In this document: positions 15,136-26,982 of the stretch, piece after piece
Position numbering within the stretch: the first letter of the stretch is position 1
Layout of the letters: each line of letters starts with the position of its first letter
Source of the DNA: Eledone cirrhosa
Lineage: Eukaryota
DNA length: 64,000 bases
Assembly (NCBI GenBank): GCA_964016885.1
Contig: OZ024742.1
Location: forward strand, 144,274,001 to 144,338,000
Direction of reading: 5' to 3'
Made by a program: the position numbers and the translations under genes
The notes under the pieces: model-generated
Database searches by the model: none
Seen by the model: the letters and a program-made list of their open reading frames with translations, nothing else
Told to the model about the DNA's origin: nothing

Positions 15136-16185
15136 TGGTGTGGTGTGGTGTAGTGTGGTGTAGTGTGTTGTGGCATAGTGAAGTGAAGTGTAGTGTGGTG
15201 TAGTGTAGTGTAGTGTGGTGTAGTGTAGTGTAGGGTAGTGTGTTGTGGTGGAGTGAAGTGTGGTGTAGTGTGGTGTGTGGTGTAGTGCGTTGTGGCATAG
15301 TGAAGTGTAGTGTGGTGTAGTGTAGTGTGGTGTAGTGTAGTGTAGTGCGGTGTAGTATAGGGTAGTGTGTTGCGGTGTAGTGAAGTGTGGTGTGGTGTAG
15401 TGTGGTGTAGTGTGTTGTAGTTTGGTGTGGTGTAGTGTGGTGCGGTGTAGTAGTGGTGTGGTGTAGTGTGATGTAGTGTGGTGTGGTGTGGTGTAGTGTG
15501 GTGTGGTGTAGTGTGGTGTGGTGTGGTGTAGTGTGGTCTGGTGTAGTGTAGTGGGGTGTTGTATGGTGTAGTGCAGTGTGGTATGGTGTAGTGTAGCTTG
15601 GTGTAGTGTAGTGTGGTGTGGTGTGATGTAGTGTAGTGTGGTGTAGTGTAGTGTGGTGTGGTGTGATGTAGTGTAGTGTGGTGTAGTGTAGTGTAGAGTA
15701 GTGTAGTGTGGTGCGGTGTGGTGTGATGTAGTGTAGTGCGGTGTAGTGTGGTGTGGTAGTGGTGTAGTGTAGTGTGGTGTGATGTAGTGTAGTGCGGTGC
15801 GGTGTAGTGTGGTAGTGCGGTGTAGTGTGGTGTGGTAGTGGTGTAGTGCAGTATGGTGTAGTGTGGTGTGGTAGTAGTGTAGTGTAGTGTGGTGTGGTAG
15901 TGGTGTAGTGTAGTGTAGTGCGGTGTGGTGTAGTGTGGTGTGGTAGCGGTGTAGTGTGGTGTAGTGCGGTGTAGTGTGGTGTGGTAGCGGTGTAGTGTGG
16001 TGTAGTGCAGTGCAGTATGGTGTAGTGCGGTGTGGTAGTAGTGTAGTGTAGTGTGGTGTGGTGTGATGTAGTGTAGTGTAGTGTGGTGTGGTGTGATGTA
16101 GTGTAGTGTAGTGTAGTGCGGTGTAGTGTGGTGTGGTGTGGTAGTAGTGTAGTGTAGTGTAGTGTGGTGTGGTGTGGTAGTAGTG
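15136..16185 (+). repeat. Pentameric (GTAGT/GTGGT)n satellite
   Basis: Directly visible. Confidence 0.97.
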
Positions 16186-16598
16186 TATTTTGTTTCGATT
16201 GAATCTGTCCTTTATGTATTTTTTTTTTTTAAAAACCAATCATACAAAGATCCTTGGAACAAAAGAGAGGAGGAGGGAAAAGGAAATGAAATTGACTGAA
16301 TAAGTAGATAGATAGGTAGATAGACAGATAGGTAGGGATATAAAGAGAGAATAAAGGAAATGAAGAGTGGGGTGGCAGGAAGAGGGAACAATTATAACAA
16401 CAACAACAACAATGGTAGTAATAATAATGATATGATAATTACTGTGATGACAATAAGTATTTCTTCACATGGACAATGAGTGATATGAAGAAATGAAAAT
16501 AAAGTGGTGGAAACAGGATGAGAGATTCACAAACAAAAGAAAAGGGTGGGCGAAAGAGGGTGATAGAATAAGGTAAATAATATAATAGAGGGAGAAAT

Positions 16599-16644
<46 letters not shown>

Positions 16645-16841
16645 CACACACAGACACACACACAGGGGCAGTGCTGTACACATTTTTTTCCATATTCAGG
16701 GTTTAAATGCCTAACATAAAACTTTTTTTCATAGTCAAACATCATTAATGCTTCTTTCAAATTCTTAAATATATATATACGATCATTATTACTATTATTA
16801 TTATTATTACTATATATATTATTATTACTATATATATATAT

Positions 16842-19423
16842 TTTCAAAGCATATTACTTGATGCTTTCGACAGTAAGGAAGAGCATCTAGAATCGGACAA
16901 TATAGAGGGACAGTGGAAATTTCTGAAAGCAAACCTGCTGTTGGCGACAGACGAAGTCTGTGGCTGGAGCAGGCCTGTAGGCAGGAGGAGAGTAACATGG
17001 TGGTGGAACAATAGGGTGGAGGGGTCAATTAAGGCCAAAAAGCAGGCTTGGAAAGTATGGCGGGATGGGGGAAGTAGAGTAGACTATCAAGTGGCCAGGA
17101 GGGAAGCTAGGAGAGAAGTGTACTTAGCAAGAAGGGAAGCTGAGGAAAGAAAGTTCAAGCATGTTCTACAACGCGATGACCAAAAACGTGAGGTGTTCAG
17201 GATTGCCAGGCAATGCGTCAAGGAAAACCGTGATATTGTCGGGGAGAAGTGTGTACTTAACGATGATGGCATACTTGCCATCACCGACACTGATAAGAAG
17301 GTAGCTTGGAAGTGTCACTATGAAAGGCTACTAAATGAGGAGAATAAATGGGAGAAAGACAGTCTCCCCCTTATCGACCCGATAGAGGGACCAGCAGTGT
17401 TAGTCGAGGGGAGTATAATAAGTAAGGCAATCAAGGATATGAAGACTGGTAAGGCGGCTGGGCCTTTGGAAATAGTTGCTGAGATGCTGAAGGCATCTGG
17501 CACGGTGGGACACAACATGGTCACCCGCATAGTTAACCAAGTCGTACAGAATGGGGTTGTTCCGAAGGACTGGCATAGCAGCATCATCGTTAACTGTTAT
17601 AAGGGTAAAGGAGACGCCCTAGATAGGAGTAACTATAGAGGCATTAAATTAATCGACCAGGTCATGAAGGTCACGGAAAAAGTAATAGCGCAACTAATCA
17701 GAGAGAGAATTGATCTAGATGAAATGCAGTTCGGGTTTGTGTCAGGCAAAAGCACCACAGACGCTCTTTTCATAGTACGACAACTACAGGAGAAGTACCT
17801 AGCTAAAGGTAAGCCCCTCTACTTAGCTTTTGTCGACCTGGAGAAAGCCTTCGACAGAGTCCCCCGCTCCATTATCTGGTGGGCTCTTAGAAAACTAGGC
17901 GTTGACGAATGGCTTGTGAGGGCTATACAAGCCATGTATAAAGAAACAGTCAGCAAGGTTAGAATTAACAACGAATATAGTGAAGAGTTTAGCGTAAAAG
18001 TTGGCGTCCATCAGGGCTCTGTTCTCAGCCCCCTACTATTTATTATTGCCCTTCAGGCTATAACAGAGGAGTTCAAGACAGGCTGCCCATGGGAACTCCT
18101 ATACGCAGACGACCTGACACTCATAGCGGAATCAATGGCCGAGCTAGAGAAGAAATTCCAAACATGGAAGCACGGCCTAGAGTCAAAAGGACTTAAAATT
18201 AACCTGGCTAAGACCAAAGTTCTAGTTTGTAGGAAAGAAAACAAGGCGGCGGTCCCTTCTGGGAAATGGTCGTGCTCGGTATGTAGGAAAGGCGTAGGTA
18301 GAAACTCCATCTTATGTCCTAAATGCAAAGTATGGGTGCATAAAAGATGTAGTGGGATCACAGGTAAGCTAACTAAGAACATAGACTTTACATGTGGCCG
18401 GTGTTCTGGTGCAATAAGTAGCAGCAAGTGCCCACAAAATACTAGCTCTTTCAATTGCGCAGAGGGTTCTATAGAAATAGTGGACAGCTTCCGTTACCTG
18501 GGCGATAAAATCAGCAGTGGGGGAGGGTGCTCTGAAAGTACTGTAGCTAGAGTCAGAACTGGTTGGAAAAAGTTCAGAGAGCTTATACCACTATTAGCTG
18601 CTAAAGGGTTCTCCCTAAAAATGAAAGGCAGGTTGTACGATGCCTGCATACGAACAGCAATGTTGCATGGTAGTGAGACCTGGGCATTGTGTGCAGAGGA
18701 TATACGCAGACTAGAGAGGAACGAAGCTTGCATGCTCCGCTGGATGTGTAACAGTAATATACGTGAACGGCAAAGCATAAACGAACTAAGGAAAACATTA
18801 GAGATAAGAGGGATCAGATGTTGTTTACTCGAGAGAAGGCTGCGTTGGTATGGACACGTGATGCGCATGAAAGTCGATAGCTGTATTACAAAGTGCAGGG
18901 CAATAAAGATAGACGGTAGCCACGGAATAGGCAGACCTAGAAAAACATGGGATGAGCTGATAAACTCCGACCTCACACACTTACACCTCTCCAAGACAAT
19001 GTCACTGGACCGTGACCTTTGGCGGTACTCAGTAACAGAGAAGACCCGCCTTGCCAGTAGGCATATCTAACAAAATACACCCCTCCCGCCGCCACCCCCA
19101 CCCCATCCACACCACCCCGTTCTATGTAAAGTTATGTTGGTGCCGCGCCATCCAGGCCGAAACAAATGAGATCGTGTAGGTGTCACGACAAAAAAACACA
19201 CAGTCCACGCTGTAATGTGGCCGTGTAGGCAACACGGTAAAAACCTCCCAGACCCACACTGTAAATGTGGTTGGTGTTAGGAAGGGCATCCAACTGTAGA
19301 AAACCTGCCAGACAGTCCTATGCGAGCAAGACAATCACTCTTGCCTCAAGTGGGACTACCCCCGTCCAAACCCATGCAAGCGTGGAACACGGACGTTAAA
19401 CGTTGATGATGATGATGATGATG
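16842..19423 (+). mobile_element. RTE-clade LINE copy 1, 5'-truncated (no APE domain), intact RT ORF, 3'UTR and (GAT)n tail
   Basis: The open frame starts at the TA tract about 16842 (FQSILLDAFDSKEE, homologous to copy 2). It contains RT motifs YRGIKL, QFGF, FVDLEKAFDRV, GVHQGSVLSP, LLYADDL and the RTE C-terminal RLRWYGHVMR/GRPRKTW. The 3'UTR ends ggacgttaaacgtt(gat)n. Confidence 0.95.
16941..19070 (+). CDS. RTE reverse transcriptase ORF (N-truncated) with internal PHD finger
   Basis: 709-aa ORF with YADD. C-x2-C...C-x2-C-x4-H-x2-C...C-x2-C lies at 18273-18404. Confidence 0.9.
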   Translation: MATDEVCGWSRPVGRRRVTWWWNNRVEGSIKAKKQAWKVWRDGGSRVDYQVARREARREVYLARREAEERKFKHVLQRDDQKREVFRIARQCVKENRDIVGEKCVLNDDGILAITDTDKKVAWKCHYERLLNEENKWEKDSLPLIDPIEGPAVLVEGSIISKAIKDMKTGKAAGPLEIVAEMLKASGTVGHNMVTRIVNQVVQNGVVPKDWHSSIIVNCYKGKGDALDRSNYRGIKLIDQVMKVTEKVIAQLIRERIDLDEMQFGFVSGKSTTDALFIVRQLQEKYLAKGKPLYLAFVDLEKAFDRVPRSIIWWALRKLGVDEWLVRAIQAMYKETVSKVRINNEYSEEFSVKVGVHQGSVLSPLLFIIALQAITEEFKTGCPWELLYADDLTLIAESMAELEKKFQTWKHGLESKGLKINLAKTKVLVCRKENKAAVPSGKWSCSVCRKGVGRNSILCPKCKVWVHKRCSGITGKLTKNIDFTCGRCSGAISSSKCPQNTSSFNCAEGSIEIVDSFRYLGDKISSGGGCSESTVARVRTGWKKFRELIPLLAAKGFSLKMKGRLYDACIRTAMLHGSETWALCAEDIRRLERNEACMLRWMCNSNIRERQSINELRKTLEIRGIRCCLLERRLRWYGHVMRMKVDSCITKCRAIKIDGSHGIGRPRKTWDELINSDLTHLHLSKTMSLDRDLWRYSVTEKTRLASRHI

Positions 19424-19450
<27 letters not shown>

Positions 19451-19454
<4 letters not shown>

Positions 19455-19672
19455 GCACTGGCTTTTTCCTACAAGGACTCTAGCAGACCCTCCTCTCCAT
19501 CTAGTCTCTTGCACACAGCATACATCAACTTCCTTTCGCTCTAGCATTTCTACGAGAGCAGGAGAAATCGTAGAAATGCTAGAGCGAAAGGAAGTTGATG
19601 TATGCTGTGTGCAAGAGACTAGATGGAGAGGAGGGTCTGCTAGAGTCCTTGTAGGAAAAAGCCAGTGCTACA
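19451..19672. repeat. Perfect fold-back inverted duplication at the 5' end of RTE copy 2
   Basis: 19451-19555 is the exact reverse complement of 19568-19672, with a 12-nt loop gagcaggagaaa. Confidence 0.95.
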
Positions 19673-22600
19673 AATTTTTCTGGGTGGGAAATGACGATGG
19701 GATGGGTGGTGTAGGTATACTATTAGCTGACAAGTGGGTAGATAAAGTAATCTCAGTGTACAGGGTAAATGCAAGAATCATTAAACTCAGACTAGTCCTG
19801 AATAAGACAATTACCACAATAATATCAGCTTACGCACCCCAATCGGGGCTGCCAGACGAACTTAAGGATAGGTTTTACGAGTCCCTAATACACACTACTG
19901 CTCTAACAGACGACAAGGACTTCCTAATCATTGCAGGAGATTTTAACGGACACGTAGGTAAACACTGCGACGGCTTCAATAGAGTACATGGAGGCCATGG
20001 AGTTGGCACAAGGAATGAGGAAGGATTCAGACTTCTAGAATTCTGCGACGCCAATGACATGTCGATATGTAACACAAACTTTAAAAAACCCGACAACCAC
20101 CTGATCACCTATAGATCAGGGGAGCACTCTAGTCAGTTAGATTTTATCCTCATCAGAGGACGTGACAGATGGACGGTCGTAAACACAAAAGCCTTCCCTA
20201 GTGAGGAATGTACATCCCAACATAGCTTAGTTGTCAGCGACCTCACGGTCAGAACTAGACGAGCCCTGAAACAGAGGCCAACCTGGAGAAGAAAGATCTG
20301 GAAGCTGAAAGTCCCCTCAACCAGTAACAGATTTAAAGATATTTTACTCAACGCCTACGACAGTAAAGAAGAACAGATAGAGACATTTAACGTAGAAGAG
20401 AACTGGGAGTTCCTAAAAAATAACTTACTAGAGGCGACGGATGAGGTTTGTGGCTGGAGTAAGACCTCAAGCAGGAGGAGAGTGACTTGGTGGTGGAACA
20501 ATAAGGTAGATGAAGCAGTCAAGGCCAAGAGACAGGCATGGAAAGAATGGAAGAACGGGGGGAGCAGGGTACATTACATAGAGACCAAGAGGGAAGCTAG
20601 GCGACAAGTATACTTAGCTAGGAGGGAAGCAGAGGATAGAAAATTCAAGCATGTTTTACAACGTGAGGACCAGAAACAGGAGGTATTCAAGATTGCGAGG
20701 CAGTGTGTCAGAGATAGTTGTGATGTCATTGGAGAGAAGTGTATCCGGAATGATAAAGGTGAGCTTGCCCTCACAAGTGCTGAGAAGAAAGATGCATGGA
20801 AGAGTCATTATGATAGATTACTAAATGAGGAGAATGCATGGGAAGAAGAGACCCTACCCCACGTAGACCCTATAGAGGGACCAGCAGTACAAGTCAGCGG
20901 CAGCGTAGTAAGTAAGGCAATCAGAGATATGAAGATAGGGAAGGCAACCGGTCCATCGGGTATAGCTGCCGAGATGCTGAAGGCATCTGGGTCTGTAGGT
21001 CACACTATAACCACACGTATCGTTAACCAGGTAATACTAGAGGGGGCCATACCAAAAGATTGGTGCAGTAGCATCATTGTCAACTGCTACAAAGGTAAAG
21101 GCGATGCACTAGATAGAGGAAACTATAGAGGTATAAAGTTGATGGACCAGGTCATGAAAGTAACAGAAAGAGTTATAGCACAGCTGATTAGGGACCGGGT
21201 GAATATAGACGAGATGCAATTTGGGTTTGTTCCAGGGAAAGGCACCACTGATGCGCTCTTCCTTGTGAGGCAATTACAGGAAAAGTACCTAGCTAAAAGT
21301 AAGCCACTCTACTTGGTATTTGTCGACCTTGAGAAAGCCTTTGACAGAGTTCCACGTGCAGTAATCTGGTGGGCTCTTAGAAAACTAGGAGTAGATGAAT
21401 GGCTTGTGAAAGCGGTACAAGCCATGTATAGGGGAGCAGTCAGCAAAGTTAGGATTGGCAATGAGTATAGCGAGGAATTTAGCGTACAGGTTGGGGTCCA
21501 CCAGGGCTCTGTTCTTAGCCCTCTCCTGTTCATCATAGTCCTGCAGGCAATAACGGAGGAGTTTAAGACCGGATGCCCATGGGAACTCCTGTATGCTGAT
21601 GACCTCGCACTCATAGTTGAATCTATGGTAGAACTAGAGAATAAATTCCAAACCTGGAAGCAGGGACTAGAGAGAAAGGGCCTCAAAGTCAACATGACAA
21701 AGACTAAGGTCCTTATAAGTAGACGAGAAAACAGACCCAGATCCCCTCAGGGAAATGGCCTTGCTCAGTATGTAGGAAAGGTGTAGGTAGGAACTCCATT
21801 CTTTGCCCCAAATGCAAACAATGGGTACACAAGAGATGTAGCGGGATCTCAGGAAGCTTAATTAAGAATGTAGGATTCACATGCAGCAGCTGTGCTGAAA
21901 CAGCAAGCAAACAGCCACAGGAAACAAGTACCACCAATCTCTGGGAGGGCCCTGTAGAAACAGTAGACAGCTTCTGCTACCTAGGTGACCGAATTAGCAA
22001 CGGAGGTGGGTGCTCAGAAAGTACAATAACTAGGGTAAGAACGGGATGGAAGAAGTTTAGGGAACTACTACCACTGCTAGCTGCAAAAGGCTTCTCCCTC
22101 AGAATGAAAGGCAGACTGTATGATGCGTGTATCCGAACAGCGATGTTGCATGGTAGTGAGACCTGGGCGCTGAAGGTGGAAGACTTACGTAGATTAGAGA
22201 GAAACGAAGCCTGCATGCTCCGATGGATGTGTAACAGTAATATACGTGAACGACAAAGCATAAATGAATTGAGAGAGAGACTGAGCATAAGAGGAATCAA
22301 ATGCTGCGTGCAGGAGAGGCGGTTACGCTGGTATGGACATGTGATGCGTATGAAGGATGACAGCTGCATAAAAAGGTGCAGAGCACTAGAAGTTGATGGA
22401 AACCGCGGAGTGGGGAGACCCAAGATGACTTGGGATGAGGTGATAAAAGCCGACCTTACCCAACTACACCTCTCAAAGTCAATGACACACGACCGTGACT
22501 TCTGGCGTCACGCAGTAATACAGGGTACCCGACCTCCCATGGGTACATGCTGATGCATATAAACAATATGCCCCCCCCCCCCCACCGCAAGGTGGTCGTG

Positions 22601-22856
22601 GAGGTGCCACGGCAAAAAAGCACCCAGCCCACACTGTAAAGTGGACGTGTAGGCGCCACGAAAAAGCACCCAGCACTCACTGTAAATGAGGTTGGTGTTA
22701 GGAAGGGCATCCAGCTGTAGAAATCAAGCCAGATCAGTTCCTGTATGAGCAAGGCATGGTCAGCCGACCAGACACTGCCCACAACAGGACAACCCGTCTA
22801 ACCCATGCTAGCGTGGAAGAACGGACGTAAAACGGTGATGATGATGATGATGATGA
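19556..22856 (+). mobile_element. RTE-clade LINE copy 2 (APE+RT+PHD), near full-length ORF with one frameshift, 3'UTR and (GAT)n tail
   Basis: APE motifs VCCVQETRW, SAYAPQ, AGDFNGH and SQLDFIL, followed by RT YADD. A 1-nt frameshift lies near 21735-21745, after which the frame is open from WPCSVC (21756) to the stop at 22553. It lacks the first APE codons and the 5'UTR. Confidence 0.95.
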
Positions 22857-22995
22857 TATATATATATATCAGTAGGAGGTGAGTTTTATTGTAGCACAAT
22901 AAAGCAATGCAAATATCGGATAAGTAGTACTCTACAGTTTGTAGGACTGGAGTATGAATAATATAAGATCAAAAGATGGTTAAAAGAGTTCCAAG

Positions 22996-23066
22996 TATTT
23001 TATTATGCGCATTTCAAAAACAAATATCATCATGGGATGATATCTGCGTTTTCATCAGATAAAATA
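22996..23066 (-). ncRNA. Type I hammerhead ribozyme (family A, mirror copy)
   Basis: Exact reverse complement of 23190-23260. Confidence 0.88.
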
Positions 23067-23189
23067 GGGATACATGATATGAAGCTTAAAAAACACTTGT
23101 GAATAGTGAAGTTTTAAATCAACATATCATATGTTGTTTTAAAACTTCACTATTCACAAGTGTTTTTTAAGCTTCATATCATGTATCCC

Positions 23190-23260
23190 TATTTTATCTG
23201 ATGAAAACGCAGATATCATCCCATGATGATATTTGTTTTTGAAATGCGCATAATAAAATA
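23190..23260 (+). ncRNA. Type I hammerhead ribozyme (family A)
   Basis: TATTTTAT-CTGATGA-[AAACGCAGATATCATC ccat GATGATATTTGTTTTT]-GAAA-TGCGCA-TA^-ATAAAATA. It has an 8-bp stem I, a long stem II and a palindromic minimal stem III ATGCGCAT. Predicted cleavage after 23252. Confidence 0.88.
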
Positions 23261-23645
23261 CTTGGAACTCTTTTAACCATCTTTTGATCTTATATTATTT
23301 ATATATATATATATATATATCATCATCATCATCATCATCATCATCATTGTTCAACCTCCATCTTCCACGCTAGCATGGGTTAGACGAGGAATTGTATCAC
23401 TTGAGGCAAGATTGATCGGGTGACCATGTCTTGCTTGTATAGGACTGTATTTAGCAGGTTTTCTATGGCTGGATGCCCTTCCTAACACCATATATATATA
23501 TATATATACACATATATATATATATATACACATATATATATATATATATATACATATATATATTTCGTCTAACCCATGCTAGTGTGGAAGAAAGGACGTA
23601 AAATGATGATGATGATGATAATAAATATATATATTTATACACATA

Positions 23646-23676
<31 letters not shown>

Positions 23677-23677
<1 letters not shown>

Positions 23678-24055
23678 CATCATTTTACGTCCGCTTTTCC
23701 CTGCTTGCAAGGGTGGGATGGGAACTGATTCTGGCTTGATTTCTACAGCTGGATGCACTTCCTAACACCAACCTCATTTACAGTGAGTGCTGGGTGCCTT
23801 TTTGCCGTGGCACCTCCACGACCACTTTGCAGTGTGGGATGGGTGCTTTTTTTGCCGTGGCACCTCCACGACCACTTTGCAGTGGAATGATATGGACCCC
23901 AGTCCCTATCATCTCATTTCTACAGCTGAGTAAACTGGAGCAATGTGAAATAAAGTGTCTTGCTCAAGGAAACAACACATTACCCGGTCTGAGAATTGAA
24001 CTCACAACCTTTCGATTGCAAGGCCAATGCTCTAACCACTAAGCCATGTGCCTCC
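23677..24055 (-). mobile_element. tRNA-head/CORE-like SINE with RTE 3' tail (family B)
   Basis: A box tggcttagtggtt, B box gagttcaattctc, CORE-like ccttgagcaagacacttt. The tail matches the RTE copy 2 3'UTR. Confidence 0.85.
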
Positions 24056-24058
24056 ATC

Positions 24059-24127
<69 letters not shown>

Positions 24128-24325
24128 GTTTGTTTACTTTACCCTTCCCATTCACTCTGTCCCAATAACTTAGTTTAGTTATCGCTTGCACTGGTTTTAG
24201 GTATCTAGTCTTTAATGCAAAGAAATACCAATGATAATCAGCAGGCTACTTACTGATGATGGACAACTCCATTTCTCGGTCTATTTTTATTCATTTATAT
24301 ATATTTATATATATATATATATATA

Positions 24326-24543
24326 TTTCTAAAGGCCAGGTTTGTGTCTTGTTACACAGGAGATACTGCACGGTAACACAGCTCAAACTTAGCTTAATAA
24401 ATAATATATTTATTTATATATATATATCTATATATATATAAATAAATATATATAAATAAATATATTATTTATTAAGCTAAGTTTGAGCTGTGTTACCGTG
24501 CAGTGTCTCCTGTGTAACAAGACACAAACCTGGCCTTTAGAAA
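24326..24543. repeat. Fold-back inverted duplication (about 95-bp arms, TA-rich loop)
   Basis: tttctaaaggccagg...cttaataaataatatattt / aaatatattatttattaag...cctggcctttagaaa with one mismatch. The left arm abuts (TA)n. Confidence 0.92.
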
Positions 24544-26708
24544 GACTATATTAATCTATGCAATGGCATTGAGTAATCATTCTCTGTCAATACTAAAGTG
24601 TGTGTAAATAAATTGGGCACAGGTGCTGCTAAATATTTGAGAAATTCACTTTACAATCAGGGTGTACTAGGGTCAATCCTACTGTGTAACAATATGGACA
24701 TGTGTCTTCTAACATAACTTCAAATTTAGTTAAAAGCTGTAAATGAAATTAGACAGAAATTGTGTAAAAACTCTTCAGATGAACCATGTTTATGATTTAA
24801 ATGCCCAGCTTTATCAAATACTAGTGAAGGCACATGGCCTAGTGGTTAGGGTGTTAAGTTCATAGTCATGGGTTTGATTCCTGTACCAAGCGGCACATTA
24901 TATTCTTGAGCAAGACACTTCACTTCATATTGCTTTCTATTAAAGGAAATAGACCCCTATAATTAAAACATCTGAAAATGCAGATGTATATGGGTAGAAA
25001 GACAGACTGATAGATGGATAAATAGACAGCCAGAGGGAGAGGGGACAGTAGAGAGGGAGAGGAGGTAGTAAAGAGAATGAGAGAGAGAGTATATGTGTAT
25101 TATTATAGATGTTATTGTTGATAAAAACTGAAACAGTGATTCAGTAGTGATGGTAGCAGTGGCAGCTAGAAAATAAGCTGGTTGTTGAGGTAAAGAGATT
25201 TAGAGTCTAGTTAGGAACAACCAAACAAAATAAAAAATAAATAAACAAATAAACTAAAAATATGTGAAAATAAAAATATTACATAATGAGATTTTGGGAA
25301 GATTATTGGGAAAAGAAAGAAAACAATTTATTCAATTTTTTTTTTATTATTATTTACAATTCCTTTTTCCTTTTCTTTATTTTTAATTCTACAAGAAATC
25401 TCATTTCAATTTTATTCCATGCATTGAAATAAGGTGTACATTAAAATAAATTGGGAATTAATGAGCGATAAAGAGAGAGATAGAAGGGGAGAGAGAGAAA
25501 AAGACATAGATTGCAGGTGGTTGGTACAATTGGATGGAATGGCAAAGTTAGTTAATAAGTTAGTTGTGATAGGAAATGATTGAAGTTCAATCATAGACAC
25601 TGGTTAAAAATTCCACTTATTTGTAACAATGTGTGTTCAATTTGATGTTAATCCTTTTGTGACTGAATTTCTAATTTCAATTAATAAATGAAGAATTTTG
25701 AGAGATTTACAAAAAATATTACATTACTCGTACTGTAACTTAACATATGGTTCTCATATATAATTATATTGGTAGATTTTAATTTAAATAAGAACCCTTT
25801 AAAATGGTTGGGGGTTGTTTCACAGAGCTAGAGACAGATTTTGGCTGAGATGGTATGAAAAGGGTATGGTGACATACTTTATTTGTGTCTGTTAGAATAT
25901 CTTATACAGATTCATCAAAGAAGGAAAGGCTGCACCCAAGAGCTTTTCAAAGCCTCTGAGACTGTTGGGCAGAGTGCACCCTGCTAAAGATAACCAAGGA
26001 CCAGGCGATTTACAAAATTAGGCAACAAATTAAGTTTACCACCAAGTAGGACACAGTGATAATTTAACTCCAAACTAAAAAAAAAAAAAGATCTAGAACA
26101 AATACCACAAGGCATATTATCCAAATCTCTAATAATTCTGCAACACACACTCCACAACCAACGTGCTTTAGGGTTAATAATTTATTTTATCAACCTTGAA
26201 AAGTTGAAAGGCAAAGTTGACCATAGCAGAATTTGAACTCAGAGTGTAGAAATCCAGAAGAAATACTGCAATGTATTTTATCAAATGTGTGAGCAATTCT
26301 ACCAATTCTATTTTATTTTATTTCTCTTTAATTAGAAAAGTAAATATTTTAAAACCTACAATTGGAAAAAAAAACAATAAAACATTTGAAGAAGTATAAC
26401 TGGAATAAGGAATGAGTAAAAGCTGAGGACTGAAAAGAGACAAATGAGTGAGACTGAAAGTCTTGATAGACGAATAAAGAAATGCAAGAACAACAGAAAA
26501 TAAATATTAATGTCAAAAGTTGGGGCAAGGAGAAGGCTGAAGAGGAGATTGAGAAGTGAGAAATTTGGAGATGTGCCAGAATGATTTAGAAAGTGAAAGA
26601 GATTAACCTAAGCAAAGGAGATCAAGTTGACATTTAAATTTAAGACAATGTATCTGTGTGTGTGTGTGTATGTGGTGTGTGTGTGTGTATGTGTGTATGT
26701 GCGTGTGT

Positions 26709-26775
<67 letters not shown>

Positions 26776-26880
26776 TGTATGTGTATGTGTGTATGTGTGT
26801 ATGTGTACGCATGCACAGTTGTCGGGCTGAAGGGAGTTTAGCCAATAGGTTTCAGAAGAGTTTGAATTTGGCATGGAATC

Positions 26881-26924
<44 letters not shown>

Positions 26925-26951
26925 CACCACCACTACCACCACTACTACTAT

Positions 26952-26982
<31 letters not shown>

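Larger units (their letters stand above)
22870..23299. mobile_element. Penelope-like (PLE) pLTR-type fragment forming a 171-bp-arm palindrome in a TA tract
   Basis: 22957-23299 is symmetric about 23128 with one T/T mismatch and has a hammerhead in each arm. The minus-strand copy continues to an AATAAA near 22885. Flanked by (TA)n. Confidence 0.75.

Noticed and set aside
10706-16239. Long YI/HT/CV/ER and HYTT ORFs
   Set aside because: Microsatellite and pentamer-satellite translations.
23940-24055. tRNA-like sequences with A/B boxes
   Set aside because: They are SINE heads with no complete cloverleaf, not tRNA genes.
24250-24285. CTGATGA-TGGA caac TCCA followed by TTTC
   Set aside because: Hammerhead-like first half, but GAAA is replaced by TTTC and stem I is not supported. 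At best a dead relic.
25878-25980. Possible minus-strand exon with AG/GT-like flanks
   Set aside because: Stop codons in all three frames and no glypican similarity.
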